Source: Vicugna vicugna (lineage: Eukaryota). From it: DNA of 64,000 nucleotides. The DNA lies in contig MU057711.1 in assembly GCA_013265495.1 (NCBI GenBank), positions 310,001 through 374,000 of the forward strand. Reading direction: 5' to 3'. The notes under the pieces were generated by a model, which was not told the DNA's origin, searched no databases, and saw only the letters and a list, made by a program, of their open reading frames with translations. The translations under genes and the position numbers were made by a program. Position 1 is the first letter of the stretch. Each line of letters opens with the position of its first letter. Positions 38,440-50,896 of the stretch are shown here, in pieces.

Positions 38440-39400
38440 TTCTTGTTGGCATTATGTTTTGCTTACCTCCCTCCCACCTTAAAACAAACGTTGCTCCCTC
38501 ACGCCCTATGGCCTTTCATCCACACCATCTTTCTCCTCCTATTCAAGCCAAATTTCCCAAAACATATGTTCTGTTTTTCACCTCCCTGGCTGTTACTGAA
38601 ATGACTTTTACTAAGGTCCTCAGTAATTTTCATATCACCAAGTCCAAAGGACATTTTTTTAGGGCTCATCTCTCAGCAGTGTTTAAACAAATAGCCTCTG
38701 GGGTTAAAACACCATCTTCCCATAATTTCCAGGTCACTGCACTCCTCTCTGGCAGCTCTTTCTCAGCCCCTTTTAATGGCTCCGCCTCCTCTCCCCACCA
38801 TTAAAATGTTGGCATTCTCCTTGGCTTCACCCAAGGCCCCCTTTTCTACTCTGTTGTTTCTCCCTGGGGTGCTCCTGCTTGCCAGATACCAAGGGTCAAC
38901 ATCCTGCCCACAAAGGTGACCCTTGTGTTTGTCTCTTCAGCCCAGATCTCACCTTGGACATCAGACTCACGTTCAACTACCTGTTTGACAGCTCAGTCTG
39001 TAAACACTTCATTATCCAAATATCCATTACTGAACCTGTAATGATCGCTCTTCCAACTCCTAGAATCCTGGTTTTCTTCCAGGTTTCCTTCCATACCCTG
39101 TATTCCCAGTTGTGCGGGTGCATTTGGGATTCACCGCCTCCACAGTCTTATCAATTATCAAGGTCTTTCAATTCAGGTCCTGAAAAAGCTTGCATCAGCC
39201 CACCGCGCTCACGACTGCCTACACCCAAACCTGGGCCGTCATCACCTTGCAGCTGGACTTCAGTGCTGGGCTCCTAACTGCCTTCCTCTTTTAAGCCTTT
39301 GTTCCCGTTTTCTCCACCTTCCCTCACTGCACTCCCTTTGCCTGGCTATCTCCTCTTCTTCCGTCAGCTCCCAAGTCAAATGTCACTTTGCAGAGAGCCA
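38440..39400 (+). mobile_element. L2 LINE fossil
   Basis: Pyrimidine-rich degraded sequence with L2-like motifs (CCAAGTCCAAAGGACA, CATCTCTCAGCAGTGTTT, CAAATGTCACTT). Boundaries approximate. Confidence 0.6.
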
Positions 39401-40281
39401 AGCCACGTGGAGCCCCAGGACCAGAGAGCTCCTGTTACCTGCCTTGTTCTTCCAGAGAAGTAGACGCGATGATCACAACTGTAACTCAGTAACTGACTAA
39501 ACGATTAACTCCTTAAAGCCTTACACTACCTTTTCATGTAATGAAAATGCTCTAAAATAGATTGTGGTGATGGTTGAATAGCTCCATGAATAAATAAAAA
39601 GCCACTGAATGTACCCCCGAAATGGGTGAATTGTACTGTATGTGAATTATATCTCAATAAAGCTGTCTTAAAAAAAAAAAGACAGCCTTACACTAGAAAG
39701 AAAGCTCTAGGGGAAGCAGGGAACTTGTTTCTGCTATTTCTCCTTGAGTACCTAGCACACAACGGGGCACCTGGCACGTGGCGTGTGCTTAAACAATGGT
39801 TGATTGCTGGTGAAGAGGGTGAGTAAACGACTGGGCTGCCCTTCTGAATAGGTCTGGCTGCCTAAATGTTCTGGTTTTTTCTTAGATTTGGGAAAGAAAG
39901 ATTGGCTTTGATCTATTCCACCCTGATTATTTTAATGCTTTGTATGCAAACGCCCTTAGGTCTCTGTCACGCAGCAGCAGGAAGCAGTAACCCTGAAGTT
40001 AGAGGTTCCCAACCCATCAGACCTTGGCGTTTTCTAGTTTCCCTCCTCTCGCAGCACCAGGCGGGCTCTGGACCTGGTCTCAGCCCGGCGATGTGAGGGT
40101 CTCAGCCCTCGCCCTGGGGTCTGTGCACAGCCATCTCCCAGAGTCCTTCCCTGTGTTTCCTGACTTACTACTACCATTGTTACCATTAGCACAGTGCATC
40201 TCAGGAACGTTCTCTTTGTTGTCTGCTACGGCCCCGCCGAGGTACCTACCACACACATTTATGTCACCGCTGAGGAAATTC

Positions 40282-40986
40282 TGTAACCGACAGAAATGGC
40301 TTGGTCAGAGCGGGAGACATAGAAGACAATTCAGACTGACCTGCGCCTTTCTTTCTAATAACCATCAACCTTTATTTACATTAAAATTACTCTAAAGGGA
40401 AGCAAAAGGGGATGGGTATAGTTCAGTGGTAGAGCCTGCATGGGATCCTGGGTTCAACCCCCAGTACTTCCACCAAATAAATAAATAAATAAACCTGATT
40501 ACCTCTCCTTAAATAACTAAGTAAATAAAATAAAAATAAAGTGGTGTTACTTTTAAAAAAGGAAGAAAAATAGACATTAAGTAAATAAATAAAATTACAT
40601 TAAAACTAACAAAGGGAAGCAAGCACAGTTTGGCCCCGTTTGGTTCATCTCCTTGAATGGTGTCAGCAAAACATATTTAAAGTCCAGGTAAGGGTGGAGG
40701 GCAGTCACAGGTATGTGATCAGATTGTGCACAGTTCTCTGCCTGGCTGATGCAGAGGGAACAGGGCGGTCGACATGATCAACCCCTGGGCACCAGAAGGT
40801 CTAGGGGCACGTGCTCTTGATCAAGTAGTTAATTTCGTCCCTTTGGCGGTGGTTTTTTGGCATCTGAAACACTCAGGAAATAGACATGAGATGCTATTAT
40901 CTGGGTGCTTCAGAGAGGAGCTACAGCAGAGGGTATGGGGGAGGGGTCTGACCCTGGAAAGCCCCACAGCGTCCTGTTCAGCTACA
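40282..40986 (-). mobile_element. ERV1-type LTR related to the 34252 element, interrupted by a SINE
   Basis: 40659-40986 aligns by eye with 34395-34709. Candidate termini TGTAACCGA and TCAGCTACA. No clear TSD. Confidence 0.65.
40406..40594 (+). mobile_element. tRNA-derived SINE (Vic-1-like) with internal deletion and extended tail
   Basis: GGGTATAGTTCAGTGGTAGAG head, GGGTTCAACCCC B box, (TAAA)n. Flanking direct repeats both end in AAAGGGAAGCAA. Confidence 0.85.
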
Positions 40987-40999
40987 GTATATTATATAG

Positions 41000-41340
41000 G
41001 GAATGTCAGAAAGGCTTCTAGGAGGAGGTAACATCTGAACTGAAGGATGAGAAGGAACCAGCCACGTGAAGACTTGAGAGAAGAGCCATCCAGGAGAACA
41101 AAGCTGCCAGTGCAAAGGCCCTGAGGCAGGTGAACAATTTAGGTGTGTTCACAGAGGAGAAAGAAGTCCAGAGTTGCTGGACTGGTGTGAAAAAAGGAGA
41201 ACGGGAGGACGCGAGTTTGGAGGGTGGGGCTGGAGCTAAAAATCAGCTGGGAACCCTGCAGGCCTTTGCTGTGGTTTGGCTTTCAGTCTAAGTGCAGTGG
41301 GAAGACATGGCAGGGTTTTAGGCAGGGAGGGGGTGACATG
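41000..41340 (-). mobile_element. L2 LINE fossil
   Basis: Purine-rich L2-like motifs (GTGCAAAGGCCCTGAGGCAGG, AGGGTTTTAGGCAGG). Confidence 0.6.
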
Positions 41341-43739
41341 GATGCCTTGGAGTGAGGAAAAATCTGGGGGACTCGTTGCAAGGTTGGTTACAAAGAGGGA
41401 CAGGCCCTGCCTGAGGGTTTGTGCAGCATCTGAGCCGAGTGCCAGCGTTGCCAGCTCTCACTCAGCCACCTCCCTTGGCCCCAGTTTAACACTTGGCTTT
41501 TAATTTGAGACCAGCTTTAGGAAAAGGCAACTAGAATCATAGATGCCTATAGCTTCATATTTGGCCAGTGCCCTCCATCCTTTTCAATTCGCTGTGGCAA
41601 CATATATTGGATTTCCGAACTCAAATGCTGTTTACTTTTAATGAAGAGGCTCTGGCCTTAATTAAGATGACTTGGCTACATTTGCCGAGTTAACTTTCTA
41701 TCTTCAAAACTTCTATCACCGAATTGCTGGGCACTTGAAGCCAGCCAACCACCTCCAAAAGCTGCTTTCCTCCACATCTCCCGCTCAGGGGACAGGCAGG
41801 TGCCTGAGGGTGTCCAGGGGACCTCTTGTTGAAATGCTGGCCAAGCCTCTTCTGTGACATTTGTCACGGTTCTCAGAGGCAGAGAATTGCCAATTATCCA
41901 TGTCATCTGGTTTTGGAGTCTAGTCCAAACATCATTTCCTCAAAGTGAGCTAAATTGTAATTTTTTTCCTGCTGATTGGAGATAAGAGATCAGAGCATTT
42001 CTACATATATTGCTCTTTTCCAGGGAGGAATGAAAATCCTGACACTTAAAAAAATAGCTACAATCAACCATCACGATGCTTTTCCTATGATATGCAGGGG
42101 CAAATATTTATATTCTTCACAAATAAGGGTTCTTGTCTGGGTCACCGTGGGTGTGGGAAGCGAAAATGACTTCGTGATGAATTTTGGTTCTGCTTTATTC
42201 TCTGCCTACTCGTAATGTCAACTCCCACTAGTGTTTGCTGGTAAGCTAATGCTGAATTAGAGCATTCTTTCCTTAGCAAGGTTTCTTGACAGCTAGAACC
42301 AAGGTAATAATAATGGGGATGGGAGGAAGAAACCGGTCTTTAACCAGCTTTTATGTTTGTGATAAATGGAGACAGTGGGGCACGGGGTTAGCTCTGAGTG
42401 AAGCCCAAGGAGAGGGCTGGGTCATAGGACTGACAATTTAAAAATCTATTCTGCACATTAAAAATATTCATCATCAAAGTGCTTTCATAATAGTCCCCCA
42501 GAAACAAGACATGATTCTGCCTATTTTTCAGGGAACCAGCCAGGGAGATTGTGGCTTAACCCCACCACTGGATTGGAGCCTGGGCACAGGGGAAAGAAGG
42601 GCTCAGATGCTGGAACAGCAAAGCGCATCTTTCTCCTCATTTCCCAGCCGTCTTGGTTGAGGTGGGTGGAAAAGGTACTCTCTGGTAATGGGCCTCTCTC
42701 AGCTAAGGGAAGCAAGAGACACTTTTCCAAGGCTTGAGGGCCCTTCGTGCTTCCCTTCCCAGAAGGATTTCCTCCCTGCTGCCCCGTCTTCAGTAGCCCT
42801 GTGGCTCAAAGCCAGTATCTCTAGGAGATTCTTGCCGAATGCAGGCTCCAGGCTAAGGGGACGGGATCATATAACCACATTTACATGGGTGCATCATACA
42901 GGCTGTCTAAAGGGAGGGCCCTAAGCCAATTCCATTCATCTTCTCTTTCCACTTTCATCACCTCCTCATTACCTCTCATCCTGATGATCCAGGAACCTCT
43001 TCCCACCAGCTTTTCAAACCTGAGTTTGTCTTTTCAGAGTAGCTCCCCTGTAAAGACTGTATCCAACCCAGTTCCTCTTCTGCTCAGAAACCCATTTTTG
43101 ACTCCCCACTATTTACAGAATAGAGTCATAAGACATCTTTGTGTCTTGGGAAAAGTCCCAAATCTGTGCTCTGCAACTGACTAGCCCTCTGCTAGTGGGA
43201 GAGTTCCGAAGCCCCTGTGGTCCAGAAACAGAGCAAAGAAGCTGTCAAGACAACACCCAACCCTGTGCTGCTTGATGTGTGCAGACACCAGACAAAGTTT
43301 ATTTCTTTTTTCCATGTTACAGTCTTTAGTTTATTGAAATGTTAACTTTGTGATCACACCCGAGTTTCTCTATGTAGTTACTCATTTCCGGCTAAATCTT
43401 GGGGAGGCCGAGGAAGAGTGTGCACAGACACATTGCACTGACTTCTCTGCCACAGTTGGAGGCTCCTCTCTGTAAGACAGGGAAAGCAGTAGCTCAGTGG
43501 CTTGCTGTGATGTAACGTACATGAAATTGACACTCCATCAGGTCTGGTCCCAACATTGTAGCATCATTCTCCTTTCTCCTCTTCTTGCATCTCTGTGAGC
43601 TCAGCATGCCCAGAGGGGTGCCTTGCATATTGGAAGTTCTTATTTCTCTGCTTGAGGCAACCCCAGCTGGTATTCTCAGAGAACTTGCCCAGCCACCTTG
43701 CAGTCATCTGGCTGTATCTGCTGCCCTGAGGTTCACCTT

Positions 43740-43795
43740 TTTCTGCAAGCCTTGTCCCTTGGTTGTTTCTGCAAGCCTTGTCCCTTGGTTGTTTC
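43740..43795. repeat. Perfect 26-bp tandem duplication
   Basis: TTTCTGCAAGCCTTGTCCCTTGGTTG twice, followed by TTTC. Confidence 0.95.
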
Positions 43796-44330
43796 ATTGT
43801 TTCATTTTGCTTTTCTGGGTTTGTAGTCTCTTAGACATGGGAAGGAATTTGATTCTTGTGAGCTGTGGCAACTGTAAGAGAATCAGTCCTGTTTTCCACG
43901 CCTTCACTAAAGGAGATTCCCGCTAACTCATACACACTTCCTAACAATGAAGAGCTTAATTTCTCTAGAGCTGCGTAGACTCTGGTCTTAGGTCCACCTC
44001 TGGTCGTGGTGTGTAACCTTATGGAAATCACGTGGCCTTCCCGAGCCATGGTTGTAAGATGATGGAGGAAGGGGGAGAGGTGATCCCCAACCTCCATTTC
44101 CCCAGCCGGGGTTTGTTCACCCTCTTGTTTGAGGCTCACCGGAGATGAACAGCACACTGACAGCATCCTTTCTGTAAAAACCATAAATGAATCCACCGCA
44201 AAACTTTTCAGAGACAAAACAAGCAGCGACACCCCCAGCTGGCAGGTGAAAATGAATCTCTGAGTTCCAGAGTTGGTTAATAGCAGAGGTGGAGCGGCAG
44301 GTGTGAACAGGTGCCAACACTGGGGGTGAC

Positions 44331-44836
44331 TGAAGGGATGTTCACATATTAAGGTCTAGGGAAGTCATTCTGGCTTACACATGGGTTAACTTAACTTTTA
44401 TGCTAACTGAAAAAGCCTGTCTGTGGCTTATTAAACATACATTGTACATCTGCTTTAATTATTAAAGAAAAGGGCACATTGACCAGAAGAAAAGAATGTC
44501 CATATTAAAAACAAAGACTAAACAGCCGGCTTCCCGGGATGCCAGTGCCGGTCCTCCCTTGATGATAAGACTCCCTTCCCAGGTGCCAAGGCCATACTGA
44601 CTCTCTGTGTATGTGCTGGTCTGTTCTCTTTTTTTGACACCTTAAAGAAATGTGTCCCTGACTTGTTAATATTTCTTTGTTCTGACAAAGAATGAAACTG
44701 GGCTGGAAACCCTGCTTCTCCAGAGCAGCGCCTCAGAGTAATCTGGGAAGCAGGCTTCCGGGCTAGTTCTCAGTTTGGCACAAAAAACTCTCTCCTGTTC
44801 TTACTGTTGATTGTTTAGTGATTATTTATGTTGACT
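44331..44836 (+). mobile_element. ERV1-type solo LTR
   Basis: TGAAGGGA start. The 3' part (GAGCAGCGCCTCAGAGTAATCTG..GTGATTATTTATGTTGAC) resembles the reverse complement of 28058-28175. Confidence 0.65.
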
Positions 44837-45949
44837 AGGGGAGCTAGCCTGGTGCCACTGTTTGGGGGCAGGAGCTGTAGCAAGCACATGCCACCTTTGT
44901 ACTGTTTTCTCTGTGCTTTTCTCACTTACGCCCTCTAATGTCTTCTCATCTATGTCAACATAGAATGTGAAAAAAACTGCTCCAAGTGCATCACCTTTGC
45001 AGAGCACGCACAGTCCCTTAGCCCCTCCCCTGCCCTTCCAGGTGCCTTTGCTTCTGGTCCAGCTGCGCTTTGTGTGTCTGGGAAGGCTTCTGGGAGGATG
45101 GCCCTTTTAGCACCACGCCGTGGGGGAATCACATGCTCTGCTTTTATGTTTTGGCGGTGGGCTCACGCACAAGTCCCCTTTTTTATTTCCAGCTACTCTT
45201 CTCCTAACTCTTTTCAAAGTTGTCCACGCTCCCGTGGTCTGGGAAACCTTGAGTTGATAGAGATGTCACCATACTAACGTGATTCTGACTTCTCTTTACT
45301 CACGTTGCTATGGGATGTTGTCTTTCCCTGAGGTCCCTCCATGAAAAATCATACAATGCATCTCTCCCGGTTGTGCCGTCCTGCTTCTTTCTGCTCCATT
45401 AACACAGAATGGTCTGCCCCGGAAGCGGCCACAGCCAGCCAGCCCGTCATCCTTCACTGGGTTTCTTAGGGAGTGGGAAGGGATGCCGCAGTGATTTAAT
45501 TTCATCCCTGCTTCCTAGTCAGATGTGGCAGATGGCCGGCCCTGGGAGCCAGCGGATCGGAACCGGGTCCCTTGCAGCATGGCCTGTGTTCAAGGTTCAT
45601 CTTGTTCAAGAGTGTGGTGCAAAGAATGGAGTCTTAATCAAAATGAAAGTCATAGGTGGTGGGGCTCCCACTTCCTCCCGGCTTTACATCCCTCTGCCTC
45701 CAACGCCAGCATCACCAGAAGCACAGATCTTCCTCTGATAAAAAAACCAATAGACCAGATTGCCTACCTGATCCTTCCTGCCAGGCTGAGTTCGGGTGGG
45801 AATTCTTGTTAAATTACTGCTGTGTCATCATCATGGCAAATAATCTCGTTGCTCTTACTTCCATCTGTTGGGAGTTGCTTTAGTAAAACTTTCAAGCTAC
45901 TCCAATAAGGGATTGAAAGGAGATCAAACCAAAGAAAATGGTTTAATAA

Positions 45950-46200
45950 ATAATAATAGCCGGCATTGACTGAATACTGTCCGTGTGCCAGATACTGTGC
46001 GAGGCACTTTGCATGAATTATGACTTTATCTAGTCCATGTTGCCCCCTTATAAGATAGAGGCGAGTATATCTCAGAGATGAAGAACCCAGGTCTCAGGCT
46101 GGCGGGTGGTTCAAGAGCTTTGTCAGGGTCATAAAGTGGTAAAATTAGAATTCGCACCCAAGTCGGTCTACTTCCAGAGTTTCTGCTCCCAACCATGTCG
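45950..46200 (-). mobile_element. MIR SINE
   Basis: TGTGCCAGATACTGTGC..GATGAAGAACCCAGG motifs. Confidence 0.55.
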
Positions 46201-47889
46201 CACTCTCCTCAGGGAAGAGCTGGGAACTGGTCTTGTTTCATCAAATTGTCCAGCAGCATTTTCTTCCTCTGCATCGCCTCTCCTGCTTGTCCATAAGCAA
46301 AGTACTGACCCACTCTGAACTTCAAGGTCCCATGTCGAGTGGTTGAGAGTAGACATAACACAGGCTTTGTGTTGTGTCAGCAAGTGGACAGGGATTCGGA
46401 AAGTGCCAGTTACGTTTCTCGAGAGAAATCTCTTTATGAACACCTGGTTTTTATTTGCAAGGAGACATTTGGATGTACACTTTCTGCAAAAGATCTATTT
46501 TGCAGGTCACTTTTTCAAAGGTAAAGAATGCTCTTGCTAGCTAATGATATAGTCAGTGAAGTGAGCTATTTCCTCTCGATTTATATTTTAATAGCCAAGG
46601 TGAAGGCACCCAGCTTGATCAGCTTAGAGGGAAAGAAAGAATGAGAGGTCAGGGGAGATGTGTCCACCTTTAGCAACCGAGCCGTGGCCCTGCCTGCAGA
46701 AGACCAAGCAGGAGATGAGGAACCCCCTTATTCACCTAGAAGCAAACTGAAGTCTTTGTGTTTGAAGCCTACTGAAATCCTGGGGCTTCCTTCTCCAATT
46801 TGATTTTTTTCCTCCTGGCTTTCCCAAGGACTTGTTTCAGGAGAGGCTTGAGAAATCACGCAGGGTAATTGGATGATCGGTGCTCTTCAATCAAGGCAGT
46901 GAGATGCAACAGGCTGCACATTTCAGGTTGACTGTAGCAAACGAGGTGCTGTCTGCTGGACAAAACTTGGAAGGACAGGCTTGTTTTAATAACCCGCGAG
47001 GTGAATTCGCCCTCTGCAGGCTGGTCTGTGCTATTAAGACGACAGGGTCCCATTAGTATGTAAGCACTAGTGGGGCCTCTGAGCGATCACCCCTTAATCT
47101 AGCTCCATGTGGGTTGTGCCAATGAATAATGATGGCTGGCTCCCTAGTAGTGCAGGAAATGCTTATTGCATGGAATTAAATGATCTCTTGATAAATTTTA
47201 AATCAGCCTGGTTTCCTTCCAGCTCTCTAAGCTATCCTCTCTAAGCATGCAGTTTGTGCCTGGTTGAATATTTAACTAATCTGACTTCTAGATTAGTCAG
47301 AGCACAATTCAGGAAGAAGGAAAATATCCTAAAAATCTGACATATTCCTAGCTCAGATGTAAATTACTTTTAGATTACTTGGCATTTTGGAAAATGTGCT
47401 ACAATTGTATCGAAAAGCAAATGTGCAAAGATAAAGTTTCCTTTAATTTTTAAAAATAAAAACAGAAAACTTGGGAGTACGGATAATTATAAGCTATGTA
47501 CATGGCTAGAGTGGAAGCAAGTGCTTTTATCCGTGTGATAGTTATGCATCCAGATGGCATCCCATAGAAAGCTTTCTAAGAATTGCCACTCACAGGAACT
47601 TATCAAAAAGCACTTTCCTTGCATGTTCCTGATGCACAGGTCTGGGTTGCTCTTGACTCATTGGTAACACTTGGGACCATTTCTTTCTCTGGGAGCTCAC
47701 CTGTCCTGGGTGGTGTCCAGTTCAAGATGATGTGAAGACATGACAGTGGTGACCTACTACACAGCTCTCTCTCCTGAGACTCTTAGGAGACGGGGATGAT
47801 CTGATGAGACACATACAGCAGCGTCACTTTGTGTGTGAGTGTGTGTGTGTGTGTGTACAAAGAGATATCCAGAGCATACCTCTAAAGGA

Positions 47890-48040
47890 ATATTTAATAA
47901 ATGGGATCTTCCACACAGATGACCAGCAGATACATGCAAAGATGCTCAACATCACTAATCATCAAGGAGATGCAAATCAAAACCACAACGAGATACCATC
48001 CCACAGCTGTTAGGATGCCTATGATCAAAAAGACAGATGT
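47890..48040 (+). mobile_element. Short L1 ORF2 fragment
   Basis: ORF 47901 reads QMTSRYMQRCSTSLIIKEMQIKTTTRYHPTAVRM, an L1 ORF2 motif. Confidence 0.85.
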
Positions 48041-48205
48041 GGGACCGTGCGCACTTCGGATGGACAAGGGTAGAGAAGCCATCTCCCACCATTTCTCATG
48101 TAGTTGGCCTCGTCATCTTCCTTACTCTTTTCTAGTTTAGCTTAATTATTTCCTGCTTATTTCTTTAGCACTTTAATGTCTAGGTGAAATTTTCTAGCCT
48201 GGGTA

Positions 48206-48675
48206 TGTCAGTTAGCTATTGCTGTGAAATATGTCACTCCCAAACAAATCAAGCTTTTATATAACTCATGATTCTGTGGGCTGGTTAGGGGACTCCTTTG
48301 GTCTTGACTAGGCTTGCCCATCTTTGCTCAGCTGTGGGTCAGGTAGGGGGCTCTGCTGACACTGGCTGAGCTTTGTCAAGTGTTGAGAGTCAGCTGGCTG
48401 TCAGCTGGTTCAGGAAGGCCAGCTTGCTCACATTTCAGAATCAGGGGCCCCAAAGAGGGAGAAGCAATGAGCAAGACCCCTTGTTACCTGGGCTCAGAAC
48501 TGACACAGTGTCCCTTCTGCCCACTCTACTGGCCAAAGGAACTCACCAGCCAGCCCAGATTCAAAGGGTGGGGGTAACAGACTCTCCCTATTGTATCGAA
48601 GTCGCACTGCAAAGAGCATGGACAAAGGGAGAGTAAAGAATTGTAGGTTTATTTTTTTATTTGCAGTTTATCACA
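48206..48675. mobile_element. MaLR (MLT1-like) solo LTR
   Basis: TGTCAGTTAGCTATTGCTG start, CCAGCCCAGATTCAA motif, and ..TTTGCAGTTTATCACA end. Confidence 0.65.
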
Positions 48676-49339
48676 CTGGGAGAACTTTATACATACACAC
48701 AGATACAAGCAAAAAAGCTTATTTTAGCTGCTGGAATGTAGGAGCAATGATCAGAGAGTGCATGATTAGGCCTTGGAATTTAAAAGAAGACATGTTTCCT
48801 GTACTCTAATTTTAGGTGTCCATTCTCTGAAGGTGTGACCTTAGTTTCTCTATCTTCCTATTGTTTCTCTGTCCTCCTATTTTCGCTCTGTCCTCATTTG
48901 ACTACGTTTTCAAAGGACTGGAGTTTTCAGATGCCTGAGATCATTTAAGATGCAGGGTTTGGCTTAGCCCTGTGTATGGAATTTTTGTAGTGTGTAATTG
49001 AGCGCTTTTGGCTATAATCGTTTATTTTTCTAGGATGTTCTAACTCAGTGTTTCTTGGCACCATTTAAGACAGTCCTGTCTTCTAATTTCAGACCATCAA
49101 ATTAAACATTTTTTTTGAAACATTATTCTGGACCAAGGAAAAAAAATAGAAGGTTTTCTGGCAATATTTGTGGACTTTTGATTTGTAGCTCCTGTGAAAG
49201 TCTTGAGACTCCAGATCAGGGGCTGCCAACTCACAGGCCAAAGGCTGGGTGTACAGCTGGGTGTGTTATCAGGAGGTGATAGGATGTGGGGGGGGATCCT
49301 GGGATACACCAGCAGGTCCTGACATTTGCTGCAGGTAAA

Positions 49340-49650
49340 GTAAACTAGGGAGCTTAAAAAATGCCCAGGCTGCACTCCAAACTAATTAAAACAAAATCTC
49401 TGGAAGTGGGACCCAGATATCAGTACTTTTTAAAGCTCCTCTGGTAATTTCAAGATGCAGCCCAGTGTGTGAACAAGGGAATTAACCCAGGATTTCTTCG
49501 TCTTCAGTGTGCAGACCAACAACCAGCAAACCTCGTTAGGATGCAGATTCCGCTTTGACAGGTTTGGGGCGGCCTGGGATTCTGCATTCTGAGTAAATCC
49601 TGGGTGATGCCAGTGCTGCTGGTTTTTAGACCACACTGAATAGCAAGGAC
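49340..49650. mobile_element. Two adjacent MER5-like (hAT-Charlie) fragments
   Basis: Motifs AAAATCTCTGGAAGTGGGACCCAG and GATTCTGCATTCT..GACCACACTGAATAGCA. Confidence 0.6.
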
Positions 49651-49917
49651 CTTCAGTAGAGATCTCAAGCAGCCCACAGTCTGGTCTGTTGTTGTGTTTT
49701 TTTTTTTTTTTTGGTTGGTCTCTTTCATATTTAAATGCAAATTGAGTCAACATTTCAAAATCAAGAGATTTCTCATAAAAAGTCATATTTCTTATTTATT
49801 GCGAAAAAAGTGATTCTCCAACACCAGATCTGCATTCCCGCATGGACTGGTACTGAGTGACTTCCCGTGATAAGGGGGTACAGGTTGCTCACCAAAGTAG
49901 GCGCTCAACTGCCTTTT

Positions 49918-50058
49918 AAAAAATTTTTTGGGGGGGGAGGGTAGGAGAGGTAATTAGGCATATTTATTTATTTATTTTTAGAGGAGGTACTGGGGATTGA
50001 ACCCAGGGCCTTGTGCATGCTAAGCATGCGCTCTACCACTTGAGCTATACCCTCCCCC
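49918..50058 (-). mobile_element. tRNA-derived SINE (Vic-1-like)
   Basis: Reverse complement reads GGGGAGGGTATAGCTCAAGTGGTAGAGCGCATGCTTAGCATGCACAAGGCCCTGGGTTCAATCCCCAG. Flanked by AACTGCCTTTT and AACTGCTTTTT as a TSD. Confidence 0.88.
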
Positions 50059-50896
50059 TTGAACTGCTTTTTGCTGCACTTATTCATCACTAGGACAAAT
50101 GTGTCTTCTGTCCATAGAGACTGGCAGATTCATATAGAATACACAAATGCACATGTACATGCTCAGCAAAACCAGGGAGGCAAAAGCCAGCAGTTACGTG
50201 GGCAAAGGTGAAAGGAAAACTTAGATATGTGTATTACTAAGGATCCTGTTGGTTGCATCAGAAGCATATTGGAGCTGTTCAAGGTGGAAAAGCAAGTGAG
50301 GGGGATTGATTATAAGGCTCTCAGGGGAGCCAAGGAAGATACTCTCTTTGGCTCCACTGTGGCTCCTCACTGCACATCTTCCTCATTCCAGGTCTTGGCT
50401 TTCTCTGTTCTCCAGCTCACCTGGTGGAAGACAGGGCCACCAGCAATACAAGGGCCTTGTGCATGCTAAGCATGCGCTCTACCACTTGAGCTATACCCTC
50501 CCCCTTGAACTGCTTTTTGCTGCACTTATTCATCACTAGGACAAATGTGTCTTCTGTCCATAGAGACTGGCAGATTCATATAGAATACACAAATGCACAT
50601 GTACATGCTCAGCAAAACCAGGGAGGCAAAAGCCAGCAGTTACGTGGGCAAAGGTGAAAGGAAAACTTAGATATGTGTATTACTAAGGATCCTGTTGGTT
50701 GCATCAGAAGCATATTGGAGCTGTTCAAGGTGGAAAAGCAAGTGAGGGGGATTGATTATAAGGCTCTCAGGGGAGCCAAGGAAGATACTCTCTTTGGCTC
50801 CACTGTGGCTCCTCACTGCACATCTTCCTCATTCCAGGTCTTGGCTTTCTCTGTTCTCCAGCTCACCTGGTGGAAGACAGGGCCACCAGCAATACA
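50005..50896. repeat. Perfect head-to-tail tandem duplication, 2 x 446 bp
   Basis: 50005-50450 and 50451-50896 are identical on manual comparison. ORFs with the same start occur at 50227/50673 and 50306/50752, offset by 446. Confidence 0.97.

Noticed and set aside
34252..40986. Two homologous LTRs in the same orientation about 6 kb apart, suggesting a full provirus
   Set aside because: The interval has no gag/pol/env remnants or primer-binding site that I can see. It contains an L2 fossil and other unrelated insertions, the LTRs differ over part of their length, and the outer flanks do not form a TSD.
37258..49786. Dense cluster of 60-133 aa ORFs in the more GC-rich intergenic part
   Set aside because: They overlap on both strands, often start at TTG or GTG, and many lie in LTR, L2 or microsatellite sequence. 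None has a recognisable domain or exon structure.
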